A stretch of DNA of 64,000 nt from Desulfobacterales bacterium (GTDB taxonomy: Bacteria > Desulfobacterota > Desulfobacteria > Desulfobacterales > UBA2174). The position numbers and the translations under genes were made by a program. Position 1 is the stretch's first letter. Each line of letters starts with the position of its first letter. The notes beneath the pieces are model-generated. The model saw nothing but the letters and a program-made list of their open reading frames with translations. It was not told the DNA's origin and ran no database searches. The stretch is taken from contig CAXXWC010000019.1 of the NCBI GenBank assembly GCA_963668645.2, positions 480,001-544,000 on the forward strand. Reading direction: 5' to 3'. Positions 31,453 through 41,648 of the stretch are shown here, in pieces.

Positions 31453-31665
31453 CTACTTGCCGCCATGCAGCCCCCCGCCCCGGTGGGTGCGCACCGGCCG
31501 GCCGGGATACAGCCCCGCATGGGTACCCCGGATGCTGTCCTGCCTTAGGCTGATCCCCTTGGGATACATCACCTCGCGCACGCCGGTCTTTCGATAGGTC
31601 GCCTGGGCGGCCCAAATGGTACTGCAGGCTATGATGCCGATCAGTCCAAATCGCAAAAAGTTCAT
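31453..31665 (-). CDS. small membrane-anchored protein ending in GGGLHGGK
   Basis: N-terminal hydrophobic helix, Gly-rich GGK tail; in operon between the DUF4178 and DUF350 genes. Confidence 0.65.
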   Translation of the reverse strand: MNFLRFGLIGIIACSTIWAAQATYRKTGVREVMYPKGISLRQDSIRGTHAGLYPGRPVRTHRGGGLHGGK

Positions 31666-31671
31666 AACCGA

Positions 31672-32988
31672 TCAGTCCTCATCGTCGTCTTGGCGCCACT
31701 TGGCGTATAGGGCAAAACTTAAAATCAAGAGCCCCAAGCTGATACCGCCGGCCACGGCGAACTTGTCCCACGGCAGGGCATTTTCGCGCACGCGAATCCG
31801 CACGTCGTGAAGGGCCTTGTCGGCCGTTGCCGCCTCGCCGCGGGCGCTGACGGCCTGGACAAAGATCCGGTAGGTGCCCGGATCGGGGATCTTAACCATC
31901 GTGCTGGCGCTGCGGCTGCCCTCGCTCCAGTTCTCGCCCCCGGAGCGGCCATGGTAGTACTCGATGCTTTGCTCCAGCTCGTCGACCATCATCTCATCGG
32001 CACGAATCAGTCTTAGCACCAGGGACATCCAGGCATTGTCGACATTGGAAGCCGCCGTGATCCGGATCGCATCCCCTTTTCCATGGATCACGAACGGTTT
32101 TGAATAATGCCCCCCGGTGAGCATTTGGGCGGGAAATGACTCGCTGAGCACACCGCGGCCGGACATGTAGCAGTAAAATCCCAGACCGGCATTGACCAGC
32201 AGGCCCACAAAGGCCACGAGCATCGCAACCATGTAATGCTTGCGCACCCTGGCAGGATCGGGCCCATCGTGGGCATCGGCCCAGGCCTCGCCAAGCTTGG
32301 GCTTCTTGGCCGCCCGCCGGACCGACTCGACGGGCAGCCGCCGGCCCATCCCGTATTCAATCTCACCGTCGATCCGCTCGGCCTCATAGATGGCACCACC
32401 GCCGGACTTTTCGGCAAACTCGGCATATTGGACACGGTCTCCCACCGTGGCAATCCATGGCAGGGCCCCGTCCACATAGACCAGGTCATAGACACCGGTA
32501 CCTTCGGCAACCCATTGCTGACCGTCGTGGGTCTGGATGACATCTCCCCGCTGTTTATCGAACACCTCGGTGGCCGGCATCACATGGCTGGTTTGGGTGA
32601 TGGAAAACTGCCCGCGGTATTCGCCCAGCCACCGCGTGCCGCAGTAGGGGTTGTAGATCAGATAGGCCTTGGTCATCTCGTCGATGTCGCCGTCCTCGGT
32701 GTAGGCCAGCCGGGCGATGACTTCGAAGCGAGCCGCCTGGTATCGGAAGCTGTCGCCTAAATCCAGGGAGAAATAGGGGTCCTGGGGCCCCTTTTTGCCC
32801 ACCACCTTTTGCTGCTCACCGGATACATCCAGATGGCTGCCGCAGTAATCGCAAACCACCAGCTCGGCCCGCTCGTCCTTGACGGAAAGCCCTGCACCGC
32901 AACTCTCGCAGCGGATGTTCTTCGGCGTGTAAGGGGGGCGTTTGCGCCCGCTTTTCAAGCCGTAGCGCTCTTTGTCCATGGACGTCAC
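31672..32988 (-). CDS. DUF4178 domain protein with Zn-ribbon, TM helices and extracytoplasmic domain
   Basis: CESCGA...CDYCGS, RWLGEYRG, VDGALPW, YYHGRSGGENWSEGS. Confidence 0.75.
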   Translation of the reverse strand: MTSMDKERYGLKSGRKRPPYTPKNIRCESCGAGLSVKDERAELVVCDYCGSHLDVSGEQQKVVGKKGPQDPYFSLDLGDSFRYQAARFEVIARLAYTEDGDIDEMTKAYLIYNPYCGTRWLGEYRGQFSITQTSHVMPATEVFDKQRGDVIQTHDGQQWVAEGTGVYDLVYVDGALPWIATVGDRVQYAEFAEKSGGGAIYEAERIDGEIEYGMGRRLPVESVRRAAKKPKLGEAWADAHDGPDPARVRKHYMVAMLVAFVGLLVNAGLGFYCYMSGRGVLSESFPAQMLTGGHYSKPFVIHGKGDAIRITAASNVDNAWMSLVLRLIRADEMMVDELEQSIEYYHGRSGGENWSEGSRSASTMVKIPDPGTYRIFVQAVSARGEAATADKALHDVRIRVRENALPWDKFAVAGGISLGLLILSFALYAKWRQDDDED

Positions 32989-33617
32989 CAGTCCTGGGCC
33001 TCGTCGTCAAGCTTGAGATCGCTGAATGCCAGCCACCTGCCGATAAACAGCGCCGGTGGGTCGTCGTCAAATTCGATGCCGAAAATATACCGGCCGTCAG
33101 GGCTTGAGGCGTCTGCAAAGGCGTAGCGCTCCCCGGTCTTGACCTCGATGGGCAGGTCTCCTTCCACCCCGATGCATTCGGCCTGCCCTTTTTCCTGAAA
33201 AATGAATTTCTTTTTCATGAAGGTGACGGCCTTGCCCGGTACGATTGTCTCCATCGGCGGGATCTTCTTGGCGGCTGAACTGCGGGTCTGGATGGCCAGC
33301 TCATGATTGTCCTCGGTCAGCCAGCCGATGGCGCCGTCGTCGAACTCGAGAAACCATTCGTCCCAGAAACCTTTGCCGAAACTGTAGCGCACGCGCCCCA
33401 TGACCGTAAAACGCTTGCCCTCCAGACGGCCGCTGGCGCCGCGATACAGGCGGGTGAATCCTTCGGCAAGGATCGACTGCTTGCCGGCGTCCTTGATCTT
33501 GCCCCCATCCCAGTAAACGGCATTGCCGCAGTATTGGCAGACAATGGTGACCACACCCGGATTGGTGATCTCGTGTCCGGCGCCGCAAGAGGGGCAATGA
33601 ATGGTTTCAGGGGCCAC
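32985..33617 (-). CDS. DUF4178 domain protein with Zn-ribbon
   Basis: CPSCGA...CQYCG, GRVRY, FWDEWFL, WLTED, EGDLP. Confidence 0.8.
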   Translation of the reverse strand: MAPETIHCPSCGAGHEITNPGVVTIVCQYCGNAVYWDGGKIKDAGKQSILAEGFTRLYRGASGRLEGKRFTVMGRVRYSFGKGFWDEWFLEFDDGAIGWLTEDNHELAIQTRSSAAKKIPPMETIVPGKAVTFMKKKFIFQEKGQAECIGVEGDLPIEVKTGERYAFADASSPDGRYIFGIEFDDDPPALFIGRWLAFSDLKLDDEAQDW

Positions 33618-33680
33618 GGGAAAACCCTATTTTGCTGTCATTCACAAAGGGTACGGGAGGAAAAGTTCGTATACGACATC

Positions 33681-33708
33681 ATTTTACGTGTTGACCATGT
33701 TCTGTCAA
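33681..33708 (-). promoter_or_regulatory. sigma70-like promoter of the DUF4178-speE operon
   Basis: TTGACA-N16-TAAAAT on the minus strand, 64 nt upstream of the first start. Confidence 0.6.
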
Positions 33709-33771
33709 GCACTGCAAGAGGATCAACGGCAATTCCCGGTGGAGAAAAAATAGCCGAGGCCGGCCGCGGGC

Positions 33772-34165
33772 CTTCGCGGATACCCGGTGCCGATGAGGGT
33801 CTCGTGGTGCGCGCCCGCATACTCGGGGATCCTGGTCATGCTCTGCGGGTAGGGCAATGTCTCCAGTATGCGGATGGTGGTGATGATGTGTCCGTTGATT
33901 TTGTAGCGGTCCTCGGTGGTCAGCGTTCCGCGGGAGATGCACAAGTTATGGATCTCACCGATATTGTACAAGTGCTCGGGAATCTCCATGGCAAAGCGGA
34001 ACTTCGCACTGCCGAGAGACTGCTGCGGCGGGCGTTGGACGAGGTGCTCCGGCCGGTCGGCCAGCAGCGGCTCCTCGCATGGCAGGTCCCGGGCCTTGGT
34101 GCGACAGCGGCTAAGCTCGATATGTCCAAGTCCGAGGCGGTCATCCAAATGTCGCCTTTGGTATC
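33772..34165 (-). pseudogene. fragment of an HD-GYP phosphodiesterase gene
   Basis: RHLDDRLGL...YNIGEIHNLCISRGTLTTEDRYKINGH...PEYAGAHHETLIGTGYPR; lacks both the N-terminal part and the region after GYP. Confidence 0.75.
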
Positions 34166-34253
34166 GAACAAAAAAGCTTGGCTGTATGGCGGGCATTCCG
34201 GTGGGATACCGGCCCCTTTCGCCAGGAGCCGGAACCACCGTTCAGACATGGCG

Positions 34254-35642
34254 CTATCTCAATAGGCGATAAAGCTCGCAGACATCGGGAAGGTCTTCAA
34301 AATTATTTATCATTTCAATGGCTTTTGCGATAGTTTGATCCGTCACCGGGCGACCTGATTTTTCAAGGCACATCTTAAATTTGGCTTCACATTGCGCCAT
34401 GCTCATGGGATCCTGCTTGCTGCCTTTGGTAAACGGCACGCTGGTCTGCAGTAAGGTTCCATCCTTTAAAAATAGCTGAATCTCGGTTCCCGTAATGCTT
34501 TTGTTGCCGGTTTCATCCCCTTGCTCATCGACATAGGGAAATACCTTGTTGGCGCCGAAATCGAGGATGTCGTCCCGGCCCAGGGCGGATTGCCGGAAGT
34601 GGTCCAGCTCCACCCTGCCGTCCAGAATCGCGGCCGCAACGACGTAGTTGAAACTGAACTGGAGATCCACGATGCTCGCCGGCCGGTTTTTCTGCTCCAG
34701 GGGCAGGCAGCAAAGGTTGTAGGCCGACTGGTTGACGCCGATGGTGACCTTTTCGATGCTGTCCGGTGCGACGGGAGTCTTGGCGAGCATTTCCAGGATA
34801 CCGCCGATGGCACCATGCAGATGGGTGCAGCACGGATACGGTTTGAGGGTGTGATAGGTGCCGTAGAAATGGCGGCCCAGATCTTTGGTCAGGATGCCCG
34901 GATCGTAACGGCCGCCTGCGAATACGTTGTAATAGCCGAATTTTCCTTCAAGGACAGCCTTGGCCCCGGTGATTCCCTGGCCGGCCAAAACAGCTCCGAG
35001 AACACCGGCGCCGGCGCTGAGCCCCTGCTGCAAGCGGATGGTCATCGCCCCGTCGAGATAGCACTGGTTGTTGCCGGCCAGCTGGCTGTAAGCGATTCCG
35101 AGTGCATTTTGCATCTTTTGCGGTGAAAACCCCATCAGCTTGCCGGCAACGATCGCAGCGATGATCGACCCGAACTGAAATGTGAAGGAGAACCCGCTGA
35201 TGTTCGATGGAACCGCGTTGGCCAGACCCATCCGGGCGGCAAACTCGGAAGCCACGGTCATGGCAGTCAATAACTCCTTTCCGCTGCGCCCTTTGAGAAA
35301 CTCGGCAACGGCAAAGGCAACCGGGACATTTGTGGCGTTGATGTGGATGATCGAATCGGCAAAGACATCATCGAAATCCAAGGCCCTTGCCATCATGCAG
35401 TTGGCGATGGCGGCATTGTGCACGGGAACCCTTGCGCCATAACCGAATATGGACGCATCCTTGCGCCCGCCCCAGGCGGCTATTTCATCGACGACCGTTT
35501 GGCACCCGGGAGCATCGAAACCGGCGATCATGACGCCGAGGGTATCAAGAAGATTTTTTTTCTTTTCGTCGATGACCTCTTGTGGAATATCATTGAACCG
35601 GCAATCGATCATATATTCTACGAGCTGGCTTGTTACGTCCAC
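34254..35642 (-). CDS. MmgE/PrpD family protein
   Basis: LLDTLGVMIAG, ARALDFDD, LEGKFGY, KPYPCCTHLH, KGSKQDPMS. Confidence 0.92.
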   Translation of the reverse strand: MDVTSQLVEYMIDCRFNDIPQEVIDEKKKNLLDTLGVMIAGFDAPGCQTVVDEIAAWGGRKDASIFGYGARVPVHNAAIANCMMARALDFDDVFADSIIHINATNVPVAFAVAEFLKGRSGKELLTAMTVASEFAARMGLANAVPSNISGFSFTFQFGSIIAAIVAGKLMGFSPQKMQNALGIAYSQLAGNNQCYLDGAMTIRLQQGLSAGAGVLGAVLAGQGITGAKAVLEGKFGYYNVFAGGRYDPGILTKDLGRHFYGTYHTLKPYPCCTHLHGAIGGILEMLAKTPVAPDSIEKVTIGVNQSAYNLCCLPLEQKNRPASIVDLQFSFNYVVAAAILDGRVELDHFRQSALGRDDILDFGANKVFPYVDEQGDETGNKSITGTEIQLFLKDGTLLQTSVPFTKGSKQDPMSMAQCEAKFKMCLEKSGRPVTDQTIAKAIEMINNFEDLPDVCELYRLLR

Positions 35643-35701
35643 GTCCTTTTCCTTTTCACTTTATCTTCTGCCCTCGCGGCCCGGTGACCTGCGACGGCAG
35701 G

Positions 35702-36892
35702 TTACCGGGACAAGACTTCACTGATCAGGGTTTTGAATTCTGCGTCGGTGACAATCCCCTTTTTTCTCACCCCCAGTGCTTTGGTTTTCTGGACCAGTGC
35801 TTCCACAGGGAAATTATCGATAGGGATATTCATCTCTTTCAACTTGTATTCGATGGATTTTTTCCCGCTCTTTTTACTCAGCAGGATTTCCCGTTCGCGG
35901 CCCACAACCTCGGGAGAATAGCCCTCGACTGCAGGCGGGTGGGATATGAGCTGGGCCACCGTGACCCCGCTTTCCTTCTTGAACACATTTTCACCAACCA
36001 CGGGCTTCAGCGGTGAAACGGCAATCTTGGAGATATCCTCCACCAGCTGCGAAACCTGGAGCAGCTTGGTAAAATCGATGTTCAAATCGATCCCGTAAAG
36101 TTTCGATGCCAAGGCCAACTCGGCCAGATCGGCATTCCCCGTCTTTTCACCGAGCCCGTTGATCGTCACGTGGGCACAATCGGCCCCGGCCTTAATGGAA
36201 AAGAGACTGCAGGCGACAGCCATGCCGAAATCGTTGTGGCAATGGGTCATGACCGGTTTGCCGGTCCAGTCCTTCACCCGGCCGGTCAGGTAATACATGG
36301 TTTCGGGGGTGGCCACCCCCAGGGTGTCGACCACCACGAATTCATCGGCCAGGGCTTCCTCGGAGATTTTGCGCAGCATGTTTTCGAGAAAGGCCAGGTC
36401 GGCCCGGGTGGAATCAACGGCAAAAAAGGCGGTATAGAGTCCCCGGCTTTTGGCATGCTGAACGCAGTCCAGGGCCTTTTTCAGGACCTTGTCGCGGGTG
36501 GTCTGGTAGGCATGCATCTTGATGTCGCTTGTTGCAATTTCGCAGATTGCATATTTTAGCCCGATGTCGGCGCACGCGTCGATGTCGGCAGGCACGCAGC
36601 GGCAAAAGCCCCAGATTTCCGCCTGCAGGCCGGCGTTGGCGATCAGTTCCACCGCCTCCCGGTCTTCCTTCGAGACCACCGGCATGCCGGCCTCGATTCT
36701 ATCGACACCCAGGGCATCGAGTGCCCGGGCGATTTTCAGCTTGTCTTGCTTGTCAAAGGCGACACCGATCGTTTGCTCGCCGTCACGCAAGGTCGTGTCG
36801 TAAATCTTCAGGTTTTTGGGCAGTGCGTTTTCACCGATAATAGCGGGTTCGCTGTTCAGGTCGCTGGTCCACCAAAGCTTTTCCTGTTTCAA
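35702..36892 (-). CDS. DRE-TIM acetyl-CoA condensing enzyme (homocitrate/isopropylmalate synthase family, no regulatory domain)
   Basis: YDTTLRDGEQ, HCHNDFGMA, NGLGEKTGNA, PVVGENVF, KKSGKKS; 396 aa. Confidence 0.9.
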   Translation of the reverse strand: MKQEKLWWTSDLNSEPAIIGENALPKNLKIYDTTLRDGEQTIGVAFDKQDKLKIARALDALGVDRIEAGMPVVSKEDREAVELIANAGLQAEIWGFCRCVPADIDACADIGLKYAICEIATSDIKMHAYQTTRDKVLKKALDCVQHAKSRGLYTAFFAVDSTRADLAFLENMLRKISEEALADEFVVVDTLGVATPETMYYLTGRVKDWTGKPVMTHCHNDFGMAVACSLFSIKAGADCAHVTINGLGEKTGNADLAELALASKLYGIDLNIDFTKLLQVSQLVEDISKIAVSPLKPVVGENVFKKESGVTVAQLISHPPAVEGYSPEVVGREREILLSKKSGKKSIEYKLKEMNIPIDNFPVEALVQKTKALGVRKKGIVTDAEFKTLISEVLSR

Positions 36893-37938
36893 GACATGCT
36901 CCTTTCAGCCAAATGTTGCGAGACACCCAAAGCGGCCGCGGTGATCTGGGCGATATCGAGAATCCGGGCCTTGGCACCGAGTTTTTTCAAACCCTTTTTA
37001 AGCTGCATGATGCAAAACGGACAGCTCGTCACGATTGCCGATGCACCGGTATCCAGCAGCTGGCCGACTCTGTCGGCGGCCAGCTGCTCGCTCAGTTCAG
37101 GGGATATGACCTCGAGGCCGCCCCCCCCGCCACAGCAGGTTGACCATTTTCCGCTATGGCCCGGTTCGGCTTCGACAAACTCGACCCCTTCGATATTGCG
37201 AAGAATGCGTCTAGGCTCTTCGATGACCTTCAGATAGCGGGACATCTGGCAAGGATCGTGGTAAGTCAAGCGCACCTTTTGCGGGAGTTTCATTTTAACG
37301 TCCACTGCTGCCAGCCGCTCGCAAACGACCTGGGTAAAGTGCACGACTTCACGGTCATGGCCACCGCTGAAATCGCAAAGCGATCTTTTCAATGAATAGG
37401 TGCATGCCGGTATCATGCCGATGATCTTTCGGGCATGGCAAGATTCCAGGGCACTGCAAATCGATCTGGCGTTTTTCTGGTAGTCATGGACAAATCCAGC
37501 GTAATAAAGTGGGGATCCGCAGCAGGGTTCATCCTTTCCCAGATAATTGATCTTGACGCCCAGTTTCTGGAGTACCTGTACGCCGTTTATCAGGATTTCG
37601 CTGTACGGATCATCCTTGCCGTAAGCGAGTACCTTTGCGGTTATGCCTGACACATCGATATGTGACTTTTTGAAAAACTTGGCGATTCCCAGGGTGGCAT
37701 CAATACCGAGCCCGATTTTCTGCATGCCTTTGGCTGCATTCATGAGTTCGGTGGTATATTTCATCGTCTGGTAGCCGCATCCGGCAAAAAACAGGGCGTC
37801 GGCCTCCTGGTCGAAAGACAATCCCTCAGCCCACTTCGACCGGTCATCTGAAATTCCGAGCGGATTGTTGAATTCAAAAACCGAGTCCTTCATATAGCGG
37901 TGGGCGAAAGGGATAATACTATTTTGATTTTTTTCCAT
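36889..37938 (-). CDS. CCG-domain (Fe-S)-binding protein (GlcF/HdrB-like)
   Basis: FFAGC, EPCCGSP, YHDPCQM, CCGGGGG, TSCPFC. Confidence 0.88.
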   Translation of the reverse strand: MEKNQNSIIPFAHRYMKDSVFEFNNPLGISDDRSKWAEGLSFDQEADALFFAGCGYQTMKYTTELMNAAKGMQKIGLGIDATLGIAKFFKKSHIDVSGITAKVLAYGKDDPYSEILINGVQVLQKLGVKINYLGKDEPCCGSPLYYAGFVHDYQKNARSICSALESCHARKIIGMIPACTYSLKRSLCDFSGGHDREVVHFTQVVCERLAAVDVKMKLPQKVRLTYHDPCQMSRYLKVIEEPRRILRNIEGVEFVEAEPGHSGKWSTCCGGGGGLEVISPELSEQLAADRVGQLLDTGASAIVTSCPFCIMQLKKGLKKLGAKARILDIAQITAAALGVSQHLAERSMS

Positions 37939-38302
37939 CAGCCGGATCTCCAACGTTGATCGTCTCAACCAAAATCTGCCGCGCCATGACGATAAGATCT
38001 GTCGTATCGACACCCATTGCCATTTCCTTGCAGAGCGTCTGGCATTTTCTGCACGTGGTGCAGGTAAACAGCAGCTTGCTCAGTTCTTCCCGGCTTCCGA
38101 TGTCATATTTGAAATGATAATAGATGGCGAGAATCCTTCCTATGGGGCCTTCGGTGTACCATCGGGTATACAGGGGGCAGACACTCAGACACATCTTGCA
38201 TTTCTGGCAAACTTGCAGCAGGTCGGTCGCTTCGGATAACAGCGCTGCCAGATCGATCCTTCTTTGATCGAGTTCTTTCTTATCATCGCCTTCAATCATC
38301 AT
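37919..38302 (-). CDS. 4Fe-4S dicluster protein
   Basis: CQKCKMCLSVCP and CTTCRKCQTLC. Confidence 0.88.
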   Translation of the reverse strand: MMIEGDDKKELDQRRIDLAALLSEATDLLQVCQKCKMCLSVCPLYTRWYTEGPIGRILAIYYHFKYDIGSREELSKLLFTCTTCRKCQTLCKEMAMGVDTTDLIVMARQILVETINVGDPADGKKSK

Positions 38303-39731
38303 ATCCTTCGCCTTCGAGGTTTCCCGGGTTTAAAATATTGTTCGGGTCGATCGTGTTTTTCAGTAAAGACAGGAGGCGGTATGCGCGCTCGCCGTACTTT
38401 TCACGCCAGGCTGAAATTCTCGAAGCTGTCTGCCCGACCTCTCCACCGATCCCTTCCCATTCGACGGTAAACTCCTTTTCGAGCCTCCGCGCCTCCTTGA
38501 TCGATTGGATCCGCTTTTCAGCCGGCGCATCCTCAGGAATCGTCCAGGATACGTGGGGTCCGCTGGCGCCGACGTGCCCATAAAACATGACCTCGTTTTC
38601 AGCCAGTGCGGGGTAGCCCGGCGGGCCGGATTGAATATAGGAAAAAAATTCGGCCAGCCGCGAAAGCGGCACACCGACTTCGAATCCGCCCGCCCGCAGC
38701 TTTCGCGGTCTTCCTTTTTGCTTTTGCAGCCGATTGGTAATGAAATCGCGCGCATCCCACAAAGCCGCCTGTTCTTCTTCGGATTCCACCACATAGGCCT
38801 TCAAGGCCTTTTCCTCGAGAAACAGTTTTGCGATGGCATCCGCCTGTCTGTCGGCCTCCTCCTGGGAGTATGCGATGGTGGTTGCCAGGGCCAAATCTCC
38901 GGGAGGTTCCCCCAGGCCTCTTTCCTTGAAGGCCGCGGCAGCGGTGTTTTGACCGAGCAGCTCGCCATACAGCGGCGCCGGCAGCCGGTCGCGATAAAGC
39001 CTCATGAAGGCGCGCGCAATCTCTTCGGGGGTCGAAAAAAATCCGGCCACGTAGGCCTTTTTCGGCATGGGGACCAGCCGCATCCTGATTTTGGTGATGA
39101 CCCCGAACAGGCCTTCACTGCCGGCGAAGATGCGGGTCAAATCGACTCCTGCCGGCCTTCGGATGCTCTTTGTTCCGGTCTCGATGATATCGCCGTTGGG
39201 CAAAACGACCTCAAGTCCCATGACGTAATCGATGATTTTGCCGATACAGGCATCGACCATGTGGCCGATGGTGTTGACTGCAACGGCGCCACCGATCGTG
39301 CTGCCGTGTTTGCTGCCGATATTCATCGGCAAAAGATAGCCTTTTTTGGCCAGGACGGTTTCGAGGTGATACTGGTTCACTCCGGTTCCGGCTTCGAGAT
39401 AGCAGTCATCTTCATTCAATTCCAAATGATCGAGCCCACCGGTATGTAAAACAATGCTGCCCGGACGTTTAGGGTGAGCTGAGCCTTTGAAAGCGGTGCC
39501 GCTGCCGTGCACATGCACCGGAATTTTTTTCTGGTCGGCATACCGGATGATCCTGGATACCGCCTGGCTGCTTTCCGGCCTTACCACTGCAACCGGGATT
39601 TTAGCGACGGCGATGTCCGGTGAGATGGCGTCTTGACTGTATGCGACTCTATCGAAGACGTTATCCGAAACCATCTCCTTTCCAATCAGTTTTGCAAGAT
39701 CACGAACAATTTCCGAATCTACGGCCATCAT
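38292..39731 (-). CDS. FAD-binding oxidoreductase (GlcD/D-2-hydroxyacid dehydrogenase family)
   Basis: PVAVVRP, HGSGT, STIGGAVAVN, GLEVVLPNG, GSEGLFGVIT, DPNNILNPG. Confidence 0.9.
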   Translation of the reverse strand: MMAVDSEIVRDLAKLIGKEMVSDNVFDRVAYSQDAISPDIAVAKIPVAVVRPESSQAVSRIIRYADQKKIPVHVHGSGTAFKGSAHPKRPGSIVLHTGGLDHLELNEDDCYLEAGTGVNQYHLETVLAKKGYLLPMNIGSKHGSTIGGAVAVNTIGHMVDACIGKIIDYVMGLEVVLPNGDIIETGTKSIRRPAGVDLTRIFAGSEGLFGVITKIRMRLVPMPKKAYVAGFFSTPEEIARAFMRLYRDRLPAPLYGELLGQNTAAAAFKERGLGEPPGDLALATTIAYSQEEADRQADAIAKLFLEEKALKAYVVESEEEQAALWDARDFITNRLQKQKGRPRKLRAGGFEVGVPLSRLAEFFSYIQSGPPGYPALAENEVMFYGHVGASGPHVSWTIPEDAPAEKRIQSIKEARRLEKEFTVEWEGIGGEVGQTASRISAWREKYGERAYRLLSLLKNTIDPNNILNPGNLEGEGYDD

Positions 39732-39785
39732 ATCCTCCACTACCTAGGGCCATTGGATTATCGAAACCACGAAAAAACGACTGTT

Positions 39786-41648
39786 TCATGCGGGGCTTAA
39801 TGACCTGTTGCGAAACGTTTTCCTTTCAAAAATGAGCAGGGATACAAAGAGGACAACGCCGGTACCGGCAACGGCATAGCTCGGCCAGAAAGTGAGGATG
39901 GAAGCCAAACCAAAAGCGAACCGTTTGTGAAAACTTAGATTTGTCAGAAAATAGCCTTGGGCGGCAATGGCCAATGCAAACACACCGATAGCGGCGATAG
40001 CGGCGGCATAGAGTATCTTGCCGAGAGAACCTTGCATGAGCAGACTTGGGTTGTAAACAAACATGAAAGGCAGGGTGAAAAGAACGATGCCGAATCGTAC
40101 GGACTCGAATCCGGTTTTCATCGGCGGGGCTTCTGCAATCGAAGCGGCTGTAAAGGCCGTTGTACAGATCGGAGGCGTCAAAAGGGACAGGGTGCAATAG
40201 TAAAAAATAAAAAGATGCGCTGCAATCGGCTGCACGCCCATACTGATCAATACAGGTGCCTCAAGGGCGGCAAGCACGATATAAGATACGATCGGGGGCA
40301 ACCCCATGCCCAGAATGATCGAAATGACCATGATGCACACAAGGGTGAGAAACAGACTGTCGCCGGCAACATAGTTTATAATATCCGAAAGCTTCATGCC
40401 CACGCCGGTCAATGTCAGTGTGCCGAGTATGATTCCTGCGGTAGCACACGGAACGCTGATCATGATCATGCGAAGACCACTTTCCTTCAAGGCCGTAAAA
40501 ACAGCCTTCAATGGCAGCCTTTTGGAAGCGGCCGCAATGATCCAGAGCAAAAGGAGGGAATAAGCGCATGCATACATTGCGGTGTATTTGAGTACGAGAA
40601 GGACGATGAGCAACAAGATCGGGATGACAAAGGCGAACCCGCGCTTGAGCACCGGATAGAATTTCGGCAGGTTGTCGATCGCTTCGCCTTTCATTCCGAT
40701 GGATCCGGCGTAATAGTCCACCATGAAATAGAGACCGAAATAATGATAAAAGGCCGGCAATGTCGCGGCGATACAGATGTCAAAGTAAGACACGCCAAGT
40801 GCCTGGGCCATGATAAAGGCCGCCGCTCCCATGATGGGAGGGGTCTTATAACCGCCGGAAGATGCCGTCGCTTCGATGGCGCCGGCAACGTAAGGTGCAA
40901 CCCCGGACTTTTTCATCATCGGGATGGTAATGGCGCCGGTGGTGGCAACGTTTGCCGCAGGGCTGCCCGAAAGCATGCCCATCAAGCCGCTCGAAAAAAT
41001 CGCCACCTTCGCGGCGGCCCCCCTCCGGGTTCCCATTATCGACAGGGATAAATCCAGAAAAACACTTGAAGCGCCGGCAGCATCGATGAATGATCCAAAG
41101 AGTATAAATACGATAACCACGGTGGCGCATACGCCGAGGGGTATCCCGTAGATCCCCTCTGTTCCGACATATATCTGAACCAGGATCCTCTCGATATCAT
41201 AGCCGCGATGCGATAAAAATCCGGGGATGCTGTCTCCAAAGTAGCAATAGAGCAAGAAAATAAACGATATGATAACAAGGGAGATGCCGACGGTGCGGCG
41301 TGTTATCTCCAGCAGGATGATGATTGTAAACAGGCCTAAAATAATACCGGTAGTGGTCATGAAAGGCTCTATGTACAGCGCCTCCCAGTTGAAAACCATG
41401 TATAGGTTACCGGATACGAACAAAAGCACCAGCATTGTGTTGAGTATATTGGTGGCTAAAGATGATTCCTTAGCTTTAAAGAGTGGATACTTGTAAAGCG
41501 CGATAATGCTGATAAGAGATAAGTGGAGGGTCCTTTGAATCATTGTCTCAAAGGTGCCGAAAAAGGATGTGTAGATGGCGATGACAGAGAGGGAAAGTGC
41601 ACTCAAAGTTATAAGCAAATTGGTATATTTTGAAAAATTTTTGACCAT
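39786..41648 (-). CDS. TRAP transporter fused 4TM/12TM permease
   Basis: EGIYGIPL, AAKVAIFSS, SGSPAANVATTG, PPIMGAAAF, LGMGLP, AAHLFIFYY. Confidence 0.93.
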   Translation of the reverse strand: MVKNFSKYTNLLITLSALSLSVIAIYTSFFGTFETMIQRTLHLSLISIIALYKYPLFKAKESSLATNILNTMLVLLFVSGNLYMVFNWEALYIEPFMTTTGIILGLFTIIILLEITRRTVGISLVIISFIFLLYCYFGDSIPGFLSHRGYDIERILVQIYVGTEGIYGIPLGVCATVVIVFILFGSFIDAAGASSVFLDLSLSIMGTRRGAAAKVAIFSSGLMGMLSGSPAANVATTGAITIPMMKKSGVAPYVAGAIEATASSGGYKTPPIMGAAAFIMAQALGVSYFDICIAATLPAFYHYFGLYFMVDYYAGSIGMKGEAIDNLPKFYPVLKRGFAFVIPILLLIVLLVLKYTAMYACAYSLLLLWIIAAASKRLPLKAVFTALKESGLRMIMISVPCATAGIILGTLTLTGVGMKLSDIINYVAGDSLFLTLVCIMVISIILGMGLPPIVSYIVLAALEAPVLISMGVQPIAAHLFIFYYCTLSLLTPPICTTAFTAASIAEAPPMKTGFESVRFGIVLFTLPFMFVYNPSLLMQGSLGKILYAAAIAAIGVFALAIAAQGYFLTNLSFHKRFAFGLASILTFWPSYAVAGTGVVLFVSLLIFERKTFRNRSLSPA

